The notes under the pieces are model-generated. The model was not told the origin of the DNA. It saw nothing but the letters and a program-made list of their open reading frames with translations, and ran no database searches. From positions 5,890,001 to 5,954,000 of the forward strand of contig NC_059438.1 in the NCBI RefSeq assembly GCF_021028975.2: 64,000 bases of DNA, in the 5' to 3' direction. This document shows, piece by piece, positions 1-11,702 of the stretch. The DNA comes from Sphaerodactylus townsendi. Lineage: Eukaryota. The position numbers were made by a program, and so were the translations under genes. Numbering within the stretch: the first letter of the stretch is position 1; each line of letters opens with the position of its first letter.

Positions 1-769
1 GATGTTTCTGCAGGATCCTGCTTAGACATTTTTAGACTGCCCTGCCAACTGCTCACCAGAAAAGAATCACAAAATCAGTACTATATTCCATAACATCATA
101 CTCTATTACCTAGCTGCTTCAAAGACGTAACTTGGCAGCAATAAAAAACAAAACTCCAGCAGCACCTAGAACGCTAACAACATTTATTCCCCAGTAAAAG
201 TTTCCCTGAATCCAGAGCTCATTTCCTTGGATGCATGAAGCTCATAAACATCATACAGAGTATGGCAAAACAGATCTTGCCAGCACCCATTTCTGCACCA
301 AGGGGAATGAGGAATGTACTGAGCCAAGCTGCTAAACCCCATTACGGCTTCTCTTCTTCCCCAATCTTCTCAGCAGATTAATTTTTAGAGGTTTGTCCTG
401 CTCAAGAATCTACCCCCAATTCCTCTTGCCTTCAGTCTCTTTAAAAACACTGCTACCAATTCTTCCTCCAGCAGGGTTGTTATGCAGAGGAAGGCAATGA
501 CACCCCTGCTCATCTCTTGCCTTGAAAACCCTACTGGGTCACCATAAGTCGAATTGCAGCTTGAGGGCACTTACAACTTTGCGTAGGTTATACCTAATGA
601 TCAAGAAAAGGGTTACAGGGGGTTGACGTTGCTCTTCCCACCTGTACACTCATTTAATTTAAACATTTTAATAACGCTTTTTAGTCCTCCCTACCTTTAT
701 GCTGCCGGGGGGGGGGGGGGGGAAATCTTCTGCAAGAGAAGGGGAGAGCCAGTTTTGTTCTCAAAAACG

Positions 770-950
770 AAAGGCAGTGTTGAATACAGCAGGAAAAGGG
801 GAAGATCCAATATGAGATGGGCTGACCCCATGAAGGAAGCCACGGCCCTCAGTCTGCAAGACTGGAGCAAGGCGGGTAATGACGATAGGACGCTTTGGAG
901 GACGTTCGTTCATAGGGTCGCCGTGAGTCAGAAGCCACTAGACGGCACTT
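770..950 (+). mobile_element. RTE (BovB-like) LINE 3' end fragment
   Basis: Translates to VEYSRKRGRSNMRWADPMKEAT...WRTFVHRVAVSQKPLDG, typical of an RTE ORF end; similar to 61605-61760. Confidence 0.75.
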
Positions 951-1076
951 CGTTTATTCATTCATATTACAGACGCCTCTATTCATCCTCATACATTTGC
1001 TACCTTTAACCAATTATACTCTTGTCGCATTAAATACCCACGTATACCACACACACATACACCCCCCTCACCTCAC

Positions 1077-1340
1077 CTTCTGAGCAAAAAAACCCCGTGC
1101 AACTTTCCTCCTCTGCTCCACGTGCCTCCAGCCGGCGTTAGAATCGGATCATGTGACTCATGGTCCTTTTTGCCAAGAGAGGGCACGCCCCCTCCAGACC
1201 TGCGCCTGCAAAACGGGGGTGGGGACGGAACTGGGAGGGGAGGGGCGTATGGTAAGAGCACGCTCTTTGGGGAAGAATAATGTTTGGGTCTGCTGTGATT
1301 GGCCAACGAGGCTGCGGGAGGATTTCGGACAAACGTCCCA
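1077..1340 (-). promoter_or_regulatory. Small CpG-enriched promoter-like element, possibly first exon of a leftward gene
   Basis: CACGTG near 1119, TCATGTGAC near 1149, GC boxes, reverse CCAAT (ATTGG) near 1298. Minus-strand donor AAG|gtgagg at 1077/1076. Confidence 0.4.
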
Positions 1341-1536
1341 TCTATAATCCCAAAGAGTGCCCAGGACCCTGGGTCACCACCGCAGTCTGGGGTGGATGCA
1401 AAGTCGATTTCCTTCCCAATTATAACTGCACTGTGCAGCACAAATTAAGAGTACACTATACTCAGTATAGTGTCTAGATCGGGGGAAGTAATAGTACCAC
1501 TCAACTCTGCATTGGTCAGACCTCACTTGGAATATT

Positions 1537-1676
1537 GACCCTTTCTGCACATGCAGAATAATGCACATTCAATCCACTTTCACAATTGTTTGAAAGTGAA
1601 TTTTGCTATTCTGCACAGTAAAATCCAGCTTCATAGTGGATTGGAAATACATTATTCTGCATGTGCAGAAAGAGCC
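1537..1676. mobile_element. Harbinger-like MITE (same family as 6944-7085)
   Basis: Inverted termini ctttctgcacatgcagaataatg / cattattctgcatgtgcagaaag. Confidence 0.7.
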
Positions 1677-1689
1677 CTAGTGTTCATTT

Positions 1690-2086
1690 CTGGGTACTGC
1701 AATTTAAGGATATTGACAAGCTGGAACATGACCAGAGGAGGGCAACCAAAATGGTAAAAGGTCTGGAATCCATGCCCTAGGCCTAGGAGGAGCTGGGGAT
1801 GTTTAGTCTGGAGAAGCAAAGGTTAAGGGGGGACATGATAGCTATGTTCAAATATCTGGAGGGATGCCATGTTGAAGAGGGAGCAAGCTTGTTTTCTGCT
1901 GCCTCAGAGACTAGGACCCCGGAGCAATGGATTCAAGGTGCAGGAAAAGAGATTTCACCTAAACATTAGGAAGAACCTTCTGACTGCCAGGGCTGTTCCA
2001 CAGTGAAATTCACTGCCTCAGAGAGTGGTAGATTCTCCTTCTTGGGAGGTTTTTAAACAGGCTGGATGATCACATGTCAGGGGTGC
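1690..2086 (+). mobile_element. CR1 LINE 3' fragment, interrupted by the hAT element and resuming at 3532-3580
   Basis: Typical CR1 RT end (gagctggggatgtttagtctggagaag...ggacatgatagc...cacctaaacattaggaagaac). Continuation aggagtgctttgattgtgtgttcctg matches the CR1 copy at 30362-30495. Confidence 0.85.
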
Positions 2087-3531
2087 CAGGGACGTAGGTA
2101 TAGATTTTTAAGGGGGGGGGTTGGGGGTGGGGCCACACCCCCACCCACCCCTAGGGCATGGCCACGCCTCCCCAAGCCCTGCCCCTGGCCTAGCGCTTAT
2201 AAAAGCAGCTCTCCGAGGTCGGGGATGGCAGACTCCCCTGCCCTGCCCCTCCCCTCTGGGCAGAGGCATAGAGGGAAAATGGAGCCTGGTGCAAAATCTG
2301 AGTTTTGCGCCCCTCCCCCCCCCTCCCGGGCAGCCACTGTGATGCTGGAATCCACCCCCAAGCAGCATCACTTTCAATGGTGTTTAAACTAGAGAGCCCA
2401 AATTCTCCTTTTAAATCCACCTTAAAGGGAGAATCTGGGGTCCCTAGTTAAAGAACATTGAAAGTGATGCTGTTTTGGGGTGGATTATCCCCCACCCTGA
2501 AACAGCATCACTTTCAATGTAGCGTAGTGGGTAAGAGCAGGTGCATTCTAAAATCTGGAGGAACCGGGTTTGATTCCCTGCTCTGCCACTTGAGCTGTGG
2601 AGGCTTATCTGGGGAATTCAGATTAGCCTGTGCACTCCCACACATGCCAGCTGGGTGACCTTGGGCTAGTCACAGCTTTTCTGAGCTCTCTCAGCCCCAC
2701 CCACTCACAGGGTGTTTCTTGTGAGGGGGGAAGGGCAAGGAGATTGTAAGCTCCTTTGAGTCTCCTGCAGGAGAGAAAGATGACATATAAATCCAAACTC
2801 TTCTTCTTCTTCTAAACTGAGGATCTCAGATTCTCCCTTTAAATCCATACCAAAGGGGGTGGATTTAAAAGGAGAATCTGGGGAAATTTGGGGGGTGCCT
2901 GCTGTCAGGGGTGAAATTGTTAAACTAGAAGCACCAAACTTTCAGGGTATCTTTAGGAGTCTCTCCTAATGATACCACCCAGGTTTGGTGAAGTTTGGTT
3001 CAGGGGGTCTAAAGTTATGGACCCTCAAAGGTGTAGCCCCCATCTCCTATTAGCTCCCATTGGAAACAATGGGGATGGGGCACCCCTTTTGGGAGTCCAT
3101 AGCTTTGGACTCCCTGGACCAAACTTCACAAAACCTGGGTGGTATCAATAAGAGACTCTCCTGATGATACCTGCCAGATTTGGTAAAGTTTGGTTCAGGG
3201 TGTCCAAAGTTATGGACCTTCAAAGGTGTAGCCCCCATCTTCTATTAGCTCCCATTGGAAACAATGGAGGATGGGGCACCCCCTTTGGGAGTCCATAACT
3301 TTGGACCCCCTGGATCAAACCTCACCAAACCTGGCAGGTATCATCAGGAGAGTCCCCCAAACAATCCCTGAAAGTTTGGTGCTGCTAGCCCAAACAATGC
3401 GCCCCTTGCAGGCCAAAAACCGAAAAAGCACTAAAATGTTTAAAAAACCCACAAACGGAGGGGCGGAGCTTCGGACATGAATGGGGGGGTTTTTCAAACC
3501 CGAGAACCCCCCCCCCTTACCTACGTGCATG
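2087..3531. mobile_element. Non-autonomous hAT-type DNA transposon with internal repeats
   Basis: Imperfect TIRs cagggacgtaggta / tacctacgtgcatg. 8-bp TSD aggggtgc (2079-2086) / aggagtgc (3532-3539). Internal repeat units of about 195 bp at 2940-3370. Confidence 0.8.
2521..2812 (+). mobile_element. tRNA-derived SINE (Squam3-like) nested in the hAT element
   Basis: A/B-box head (gcgtagtgggtaagagc...gggtttgattccc), ctcacagggtg core and (CTT)n tail; near-identical copies elsewhere in the window. Confidence 0.85.
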
Positions 3532-4799
3532 AGGAGTGCTTTGATTGTGTGTTCCTGCATGGCAGGACTTGATGGCCCGTGAGAATGTGCTTGCAGACAC
3601 AAGATTCTGGGTTCAATTCCAGGTATCTCCAGTTCAAAAATTGTGGCAAATAAACGGAGCAGCACATTTCTATTGCTAAATAGCTGTCACAGAGACAAGG
3701 AGTGGGTTAGATTAAGGCTGGTATGTAATTTTCCTGGATTCATGTCCCCTCCCCTCCAGCTGCAAATGTGACCCCTGGGGGAGACCTAATATGCTTCCCC
3801 CAATGAGGCAAGAAGCAGTTTTGGAGGGGAAATGGTGCAGAGGGAAAGACTTAGTACCTCCATATACTTGCCCTCCAAAAATATTATTTAACACGGTTCC
3901 TCAGGGATCCACATGATTTTTGCACTAAGTTACCCACAAATCACCAGCATATCACTGCTCATACCCCTAGGCACATGTCTGAAAACAACAATCACGCATT
4001 ACCCCCACCCCGAGCTCTGAAGGAGCCGCGGGGGTGGGGGGAGGAGGAAACCACACTCTAACTCCGGATTTCAAGAAGTAGCTATGTTTTGTGTTCCTCA
4101 CAAGTCCCTCAGGAGAAGGATCTATAAAAACTGCACAGTATCCCAAGCTCTGATTAATTTGACCGAAAAAAAGACAAGAGCAGGAGATGCATTGGTATAA
4201 AAACTGATTTTCCAAATAAGCACTGGAAAGGGTTAGAGCAAAAGGAAGCTTATTGTAACTCTCAGTCGTTATAGAGAAATAGTATGTGGTTGCAGCAATA
4301 TAAAACAGTCATTCTAGGATATGAAATTGGACTATCATGGGAGTTCAGATCCCCAGCAGGCTAAGGAAGCTTGTCTCTGTCTGCCTTTCTGGATGAATCC
4401 ACCCACCTCACAAAGTTGTTGCTGTGAAACAAAAACGGAGGAAAGGGGAATGATGTTGTAAACTGCTTTTAGTTTCCACTGGAGAGAAATGCAGAGTATA
4501 ACCAAGGTATTTAAATGACATTAAAAGGGACACCATAATAATTGCAGGATAATTATACGTTTAAAAAGTAGTAGTGCAGTATTACAGATTACAGCCCAAA
4601 GAGTGTCGAACTAAGATGTGGGAGATCCAAGTTCGAATCCCAGTTCTACAACGGCAGCTTGCTGGGCGACCTCGGGCCAGTCCCACTATCCGCTCAACCC
4701 TCGCTCACAGAATCAAATGTGACAATCAAATGGGGGATTGGAAAACAACGTAGGCCGCTTTGGGTCTTCTATTGGGGGAAGAAGTAGGCCACGAGTTAA

Positions 4800-5350
4800 G
4801 TAAATGACATCCTTCCAATCACAGCTGCTCCGCTCAAACGCCCCTCCCCATGGGCGGAGCCAGCCACGGAGGGGGCGCGGCTTCAGGCCACCTCAGTCAC
4901 GTGCCCCTGGCGAATATGCAAATGATCCGTCAAGAACCTGCACGATCGCCTGCCAGTCCTGCCGCCGCCGCATCCTCGGGCCCTTCTCCCCCTCACCGGA
5001 AGTGCCCGACCGGTTGGCGGGGGAGGGGTCGCGCCGGGCAACATGGCGGCCGCCACCGCCTCTCCTCAGGAGCCCGCTGGGCGCGCCGGCCTGGCTCTGG
5101 GGCGTCCCCCGCGCTCGACTCCCCGCGGCGTCCTCGAGCGCCCGGCTGGTCCGTGGGAGCTGGTGAGGCCTTCGGTGACGGATCTCTCGCGGGCCGTCCG
5201 GAGCAACATCCTGTGCACCGTGCCGGGCTGCGGCAAAGTGCTGCCCAACCCGCCGGCGCTGAGCATGCACCTCCGCAAGGCCCACCGCGTGGAGCAGGTA
5301 GGCTCGCTGCCACGCCCCTTCCCTGCTCGCCCCGGGCTTCAGTGGGAGGG
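4800..5350 (+). promoter_or_regulatory. ATMIN CpG-island promoter
   Basis: Dense CpG. CCAAT near 4814, GC boxes, E-box GTCACGTG 4896-4903, octamer ATGCAAAT 4916-4923, ETS/GABP CCGGAAGTG 4996-5004, YY1-type AACATGGCGGC over the start codon. Confidence 0.8.
5043..5297 (+). CDS. ATMIN: ATMIN (ATM interactor/ASCIZ) coding exon 1
   Basis: ATG at 5043 in good context (caacATGG) in a CpG island. Encodes ELVRPSVTDLSRAVRSNILCTVPGCGKVLPNPPALSMHLRKAH, the first C2H2 finger of ATMIN. Donor CAG|gtaggc after 5297; 255 nt, phase 0. Confidence 0.95.
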
Positions 5351-5621
5351 AAGGGACGCCACCTTCGATTGTTTGCTGGTTTCATTCATTCATACCTTCC
5401 CTTTCTCCCCAGTGACGACACAGAGTGGCTTGCATCTTACTCCTCCCCTCTGTTTTATTCTCACAACAACCCTGTGAAGAAGGCTAGGTGGAGAGAATAG
5501 GGCTGGGCCAAGGTCGTCCAGGCAGCACCAGTAGGGATTTGAACCTGGATCTCCCAAACACTAGGCCGATATTCCCAAGCTCTGCACCATGCTGTTTGCC
5601 AGTGTGCTTTAAAAATCACTT

Positions 5622-5838
5622 GAAGAGAGTGTGGATTTATACTCGACCTCCAGGAGTCTCAAAGTTACTTTCAATCACCTCCTCCCCCACAACACCTTGT
5701 GAGGTTAGGTGGGGCTGAGAGAGTTCTGAGAGAACTGTGAGAAGCCCAAGGTCAACCAGGAGGCTTCATGTAGAGTAGTGGGGAAACAAACCCAGTTCAC
5801 CAGATTGGAGTCCACCTGCTCTTAGCCACTCGCTGGCT
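5622..5838 (-). mobile_element. Diverged Squam3-like SINE
   Basis: Same core and tail as the other copies in reverse orientation. Confidence 0.65.
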
Positions 5839-6943
5839 CCCATGTTGATACCAGGGTCTACTCAACTCTCTTCACATGTTTTTTAACATGTGTTGATTTT
5901 TGTCCGCTTTTTTAAAAAGATGTATTTAGTCCATTTTAGGTGTTTTTTCAAGCATTGAGTATTCTAGCTCTGGCTTTCTAGTACTGTTTTTCTGGTGTAT
6001 GTTTTTAAAAATCTGTTAATGGCTTTGTTTACTGCCTTGGGCACCCAGAATTGCATGGAAAGGCAGCACAGAAATGAATTAAATAAATGAACATCTTGTT
6101 CTTTCTCCAATTAATTCTGGGTGAGATTGTGAAAGTTTATGTGTTAGTCTTTAAGGTGCTGCTGGACTTTTGTTTTTTCAAACAAGTTAGCATGTCCACC
6201 TCTTTGTTATTCTTGCCTAACAGCATCCTTGTGAGGTGGGCTAGCATGAGGAATGACCAGCCCAGGGTCACCTAGCGTCCTTCATGGCTGATTTATCTTT
6301 ACACCAGTCCTGTGAGACAGGCTAAGCTGACAATGAAAGACCCAACATTATCTAGTGTGCTTGGTGGTAGCGTCAGGAAGGGTATTCAGTTCAGTTTGTA
6401 CTTATTTATTGGTGCGTTAAAAAATTATTCTGCTTGCTCTGTGAAAAGTGTTCAGGTGGCTTAATACTAGCCAGTTCAAGTACAGAAGCTTACAAAAAGC
6501 CTCACTTCATCAGGTGCATCATTAACTACATTTGTTAGGGAAGTGCATTTATACTAAAAGCTACCCGCAATAGTTTAATGCTATTGAAAGCATCCCTTAG
6601 CAAATAATACCTAAAGTTCAAATTTCTGACAATGAAAGCAATAACAGCACTTCACAGAATAAAACCATGCAGTGTAACTTGTTAAATTTCTACGCTTTGT
6701 ATGCCTAGGGTGCTAGGTTTGATCTGTAATATATCCCACAAAAAGTTTTGGGTAGCTAGGCTAGATCCTTCTCTGACCAAAGAAACTGTCCGTGTTGATA
6801 CCCTGTTAGCTAATGTGTGCATGCACATGCTGTACAGAGCCAGAGTGACTCAACCCCTTTATTTATAATTTGCAGTGAGGACCAACATTCTCTCCTTCTC
6901 CATTTTGTCTTCACAACACCCTGTGAGGTAGTTTAGACCCGTA

Positions 6944-7085
6944 GGCCCCTTCCGCACATGCAGAATAATGCACTTTCAATGCACTTTGCAGTTGGATTTT
7001 TTACTTTGTGGAATAGCAAAATCCACTTGCAAACAATTGTGAAAGAGAATTGAAAGTGCATTATTATGCATGTGCGGAAGGGGCC
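6944..7085. mobile_element. PIF/Harbinger-like MITE inserted into an older SINE
   Basis: TIRs ggccccttccgcacatgca / tgcatgtgcggaaggggcc; 3-bp TSD GTA (6941-6943, 7086-7088). Confidence 0.85.
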
Positions 7086-8336
7086 GTAGTGTGTGATTGC
7101 CCTGCATGATAGACTGGGTTTTGAACAGGTGTTGAATAGACTGGGGCTTTGAACAGAATTTTCCAGATCCTACTCCTGTACTGTAACCACTACACCACAC
7201 TAGCTCTGTTTTCTGCCTTTCACATACTCCCCTACTTCTACTTGATTAGCCCTGGTCATAATATACTCAGCCAAAGCTCAAAGGTATTGGCATCACCAGA
7301 GTTCTTTTCTTCTTCATCAGTAATTGGCAGCAGTGCTGTTGGCTCCAAAGTATCCCTTTGAATTAGTACTGCGGTGTTTTAGCAAGCAAAGAAGCTTCTT
7401 CCCAAAGATGACCTATCTTTAATATCTTCTCTGTTTTTCCTGTTTTATTCTGTTTATCCTGAAAATAAGTTCTGCTTTGTCTGTAAGACTATACTTGAGG
7501 GTGGTTGGCTAATTTCTCTATAAAAATATTTCGACGTAGGTCTGATAAACCTTTGACAGTGGGCTGTAGCTAATTAGTCCAAAATAAGTAGTTCAAAAAC
7601 CTACTTTAACCCTCTTACAAGCAAAACTTAGACCACATTAAGTGAAAACAAATTGCTAGTTTAAAACTACTAGGTGATGTGCTTAAGCTTGTTGTTAGCT
7701 CTGAGGTCAAACGAATTATCAGGATTAAATTGTTTGTTTTAAAACCAGCCTTCTAGTGTTTTTTCTATCTCCTTTCCCACACCTGAGTTTTTCATACGTC
7801 CTTAGAACTCGTCCTTCGAACTCGCTGCCATGGGATATACTTAATTGTATTCATATTTCAGTTGCACTGTTGGGTTATATTATTGAATGGTGTGATCTTA
7901 AACCCAATATGTAGAATTCAGTTTTGAGAAAAGGCATTAAACACGTTGACTGGAGGGAGATGAAAGCTTTTGGTGCCGCTTGCCTGTTTTTAGCTCCTTG
8001 ATGAAATCTCACAGAACTGGAAACTTGAAGCAGCTGGTACTTGGAAATATGAAACAAATACTTCGTGCTGGCATTTGCTTCTTTCAAAGATGCTTATATG
8101 TTGGAAGTGGAGACTTTCTCTTGGCTCTTAATGCTATTTTTTCATTGCTATTGAATGTATAAGAGCAGCCTCAGCCCCTGCTAAAATTACAGTATCTGTG
8201 AGACCAAATCTTTGGATTTTCCAGGTTGGAGTCCAGGTTGTTTTTTTCTTTTCCTTTCCCTTCTGTACAAGGAGTAAATCACTGCTAAGGAAGATAAAGA
8301 ATAGAGAAGCTGTTGGGTTGGGCATTTTCCCACAGT

Positions 8337-8786
8337 TATAATAAAGCCTTTGTCAGGCTGGAATGTCTAATCCAGCTTTTCTTGTTACATTTTTTAATTA
8401 TAAATGTACAAATTTTGCAAGCATGAATGTTGCACAAAACTGACTAACAACTTTGGAATTCATTAAGTTATGTACTTAATTCCAGATGAGTAATAACAAT
8501 ATCTGGCATTGATGTTGAAACATCTGCCGACATTTATAATAAAGGCTTGGACAGGTTGGAATGGCTTATCCAGTTTTCTTTTTGTTTTTAAATCTTTATT
8601 ATAAATATTTAAATTTTACAAACATGAACACTGTGCAAAACTAACTGACAACTTTGCAATTCATTAAATTACTTCTACACTTAGTTCTGGATGAGTTATA
8701 ATTGTATCCAGCATTGATGTTAAAAAAATTTCTCCACCCTTGTAATAAAGGCTTTGTCAGGTTGGAACGTCTAATCTAGCTTTTCA
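8337..8786. repeat. Diverged tandem repeat of about 200 bp (about 2.3 copies) in ATMIN intron 1
   Basis: taataaag(c/g)ctt(t/g)g(t/a)cagg(c/t)tggaa recurs near 8339, 8537 and 8743; caaaact..ct.acaacttt and gcattgatgtt also recur. Confidence 0.8.
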
Positions 8787-9704
8787 AAGGGCCTTGGATG
8801 AAAGCTTTTGGGAGCCTCAGTGTACAGAAACACAACTTTAAAACTCTGCACCCATCCAATTCAAATCCTGCACCAGGAAAAATCAGGTTCAGCCCTCTGT
8901 ATTTGTAGAATGATGGTTTTTTGTTGATCTGTATAAAATTGCAATTTTGACTGCTTACGGTTTATCATGCTAATGCAAGCCATGGGGTAAAGCAAAGGAG
9001 GGGGGGCGGCCAGGCATTGCAAACCCCTGCTCCCTGACTGACTATTTTTTTAGACTTACACTTTCAAACAGGTGTGCGGCCATAAGGGATAGAAACGTGC
9101 TGCTATAAATGAATAAATAAAAGCTGAGATTTGCAGGCAACTCCAGCCTGCATCTGGCTGCTTTTTCTGCACTGGTACAGAATCACAACATGGACACATT
9201 GGCCTACTCAAAGTGATAGGATTAGACTTTATTCATGGAATTGTAGCCCGCATTTCTCTTCTCAGTGTGAAATCAAAGTGTCTTGCAAAGTGAGAAGAAC
9301 TCTGATCACATTCTATAAGTACTTATAGGCACGTTACTTACCCAGAAAATCAAACATGTCGATCTTCCATCGATATACTAATTTCTAATTCACAGTTCAG
9401 CTTTAAAAAGCTTTTTCCACAGAAGTTAAAAGTTCTTTGATTCAGCAGAAAGGGGGGGGGGGGAGTTTTACCCAAACAGTCACTCCTGACTGCTTAAGCA
9501 CTGGACCAAGTGATCTAGTATATTGCGGAAGAATCTTCAAAAAAATCTTTTTCTGTAGGGAATTATTGAAACTTTCATAGCGGAATAGATCTGACCTCAA
9601 GTATTGAGGCAGGAAAACATTGAAAAGGTACTTTTTATTTCAAATAATTCTAAGAGCATAAGACTCCAGATGTTTGCATCCTCAATAATATTTTACTGCT
9701 TCAG

Positions 9705-9830
9705 GATGAGAAAATAAATCCTGCAACAAAGAAAGACTTGAAAGCACGACAGAAATACTACTGCTGTCCCATTGAAGGCTGCCCAAGAGGACCCGGAAGG
9801 CCTTTTTCACAATTTTCTCTTGTAAGACAG
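9705..9830 (+). CDS. ATMIN: ATMIN coding exon 2
   Basis: Acceptor ttttactgcttcag|GAT. Encodes DEKINPATKKDLKARQKYYCCPIEGCPRGPGRPFSQFSLVRQ. Donor CAG|gtatgt; 126 nt. Confidence 0.96.
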
Positions 9831-10841
9831 GTATGTATCTTAAAAACCTCACAATATTTATTTATTTATTTATTGGTTAGGTTTATATACCGCCCTCCCC
9901 CGGAGGGCTCAGGGCGGTGAACAATAATAGAGTGAATTCATAATATTTTGTTATTCATAATCAGTGCATTTCTCTGGGATTTGAGCAAACAGCAAGGCCT
10001 CCCTGGAAACATCCAGGAGCTGAGCAGAGCCCCCTATTTTTTTTAATTTGCAAAATTTATATTGCACATTTCTTCCCTCGTAAGGGCCAACCAGGCAGTT
10101 AACTGATTAAAACATGCATAATAAAATCACTATTAAAACATAATTAAATCAAAAACAGAGTTATAATGCCTACAAAGACATCTCTGCAAAGGTAATGTTG
10201 TAATTAAACCTGCAAGTGGAGAGAGGGTCAAGTGTTCTACTTCTAAGCAGTTCTTCCCACAAACAACTGGTTTGTTGGCAGAATCACAACTCTTGACGTA
10301 ATTGCCCTCCTCCCTCGCTGATGGCAATAGCAGTTTTGGTTACCATGGGCTGGCCAGAGGCACAGCAGGTTATTAAAATCAAGCAGATAGCTCTTTTCCA
10401 TTGTACCAGTTCCGTAATTGCTTTCTTGAGGTACTGGAAATATCTTAATGATAGTCTTAAAGTAATTCTATAGCCAAATTGAACTTACTAAACGTGCAGA
10501 ACAATGGTTAGATTTCAAGTCAATTAGATTGGCAGAAGTACTTCAGTAACTAGGAAGGAAAATGAGCGACAGTGTGTGGGTTGTAAAAACTATATCCAAA
10601 ATTGCTTTGACTTCCTCCTTTGGAAAAATATCTTTTTCCTTTTCAGAAAAGAGTGTGTAAAATCTGTAGTGGTGTGAGCTGCAGTACTGCAGTGTACCAC
10701 TCTGAACCACTGGGCTCTTCTGCCTATCCATGGCATATTTAATAGTGTCCTTGTTTTAAAGATCCATGCTAGAACGTGAGAACATCTTGAGAACATTGTT
10801 TGTGTCCTAACGGCTTGTTTAACCTATTTGGCCTGTTTCAG

Positions 10842-11041
10842 CACTTCATGAAAATGCACGCCGAGAAGAAGCATAAATGTGATAAATGTAATAATTCCTA
10901 TGGCACCATATGGGATTTGAAGCGACACATCGAGGACTGCGGCAAGACCTTTCAGTGTACTTGTGGCTGCCCCTATGCCAGCAGGACGGCCCTGTTATCA
11001 CATATTTATAGAACTCAGCATGAGATCCCTGTTGAACACAG
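10842..11041 (+). CDS. ATMIN: ATMIN coding exon 3 (zinc fingers)
   Basis: Acceptor cctgtttcag|CAC. Encodes HFMKMHAEKKHKCDKCNNSYGTIWDLKRHIEDCGKTFQCTCGCPYASRTALLSHIYRTQHEIPVEH. Donor AG|gtaatg; 200 nt, ending in phase 2. Confidence 0.96.
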
Positions 11042-11702
11042 GTAATGTCTGTATTTTCACTGTGGAATGAACTGAAAGTGTAACTGCTCTGTGTGTGCAT
11101 GCATGCATATTTTCGCTTTTAATTTAGGTTGTTCAGAGTCTTCTCAACTTTCACAAGTTGCTACCACTGATTGTTCCTTTGCTCCTTTTTCTTTTTGCTT
11201 TATCCTAAATTTTCCCTTGAAAGTGAGCAGGGATTTTCCCAGGCTATGTACAACCAAGAACAATTCAGGGAGTTAGCTACCTGTTGCGTTTCCATTCCCT
11301 TCTCCCTCTCCCACCCCCAAGTTTAGGAAGCTGGATTGGATCCTGCTAGCACCCGGTATGCTATGGTGAAAATCACAGGACCTACGTGAACAAAAGCCAC
11401 GTGAGGCAGGGACTGTCATAAAAAGGGAAACTGAGCTTGCTTTAGCAAAAAAGCTGATTGGATGTGCCCTAGTGCTGTTTTGAATATTGGACTTAAATCT
11501 TGCTGAACTATCTGCAGGGTAACTTAAAAAAAAGTTGTCGTCACAGTTCAAATGTATCGGCTACAAATTTTGAACAATGGCTTTCTTTGGCCAGGAGTGA
11601 TCTCAAAGATGCCTTCTGTTGACTATTGCCCAAATCAAATTAAAACTGTTGAGATTTTTCTAAATAGATCTGCTTTGAATTCCATATGTTGAATATTTAC
11701 AG

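Noticed and set aside
2521-2600. tRNA-like A/B-box sequences (also near 4600, 16965, 29335 and 61100)
   Set aside because: They are SINE heads followed by SINE bodies; no cloverleaf is evident.
2940-3370. Regularly spaced repeats resembling a CRISPR-like array
   Set aside because: Eukaryotic context, long diverged direct and inverted units with no unique spacers, inside a TSD-flanked transposon.
4804-5500. Several 120-216 aa ORFs around ATMIN exon 1
   Set aside because: CpG-island artefacts; only the frame starting at 5043 matches ATMIN.
11686-11702. ATG at 11686 as the start of a single-exon 613-aa gene
   Set aside because: It is intronic sequence in frame with ATMIN exon 4.
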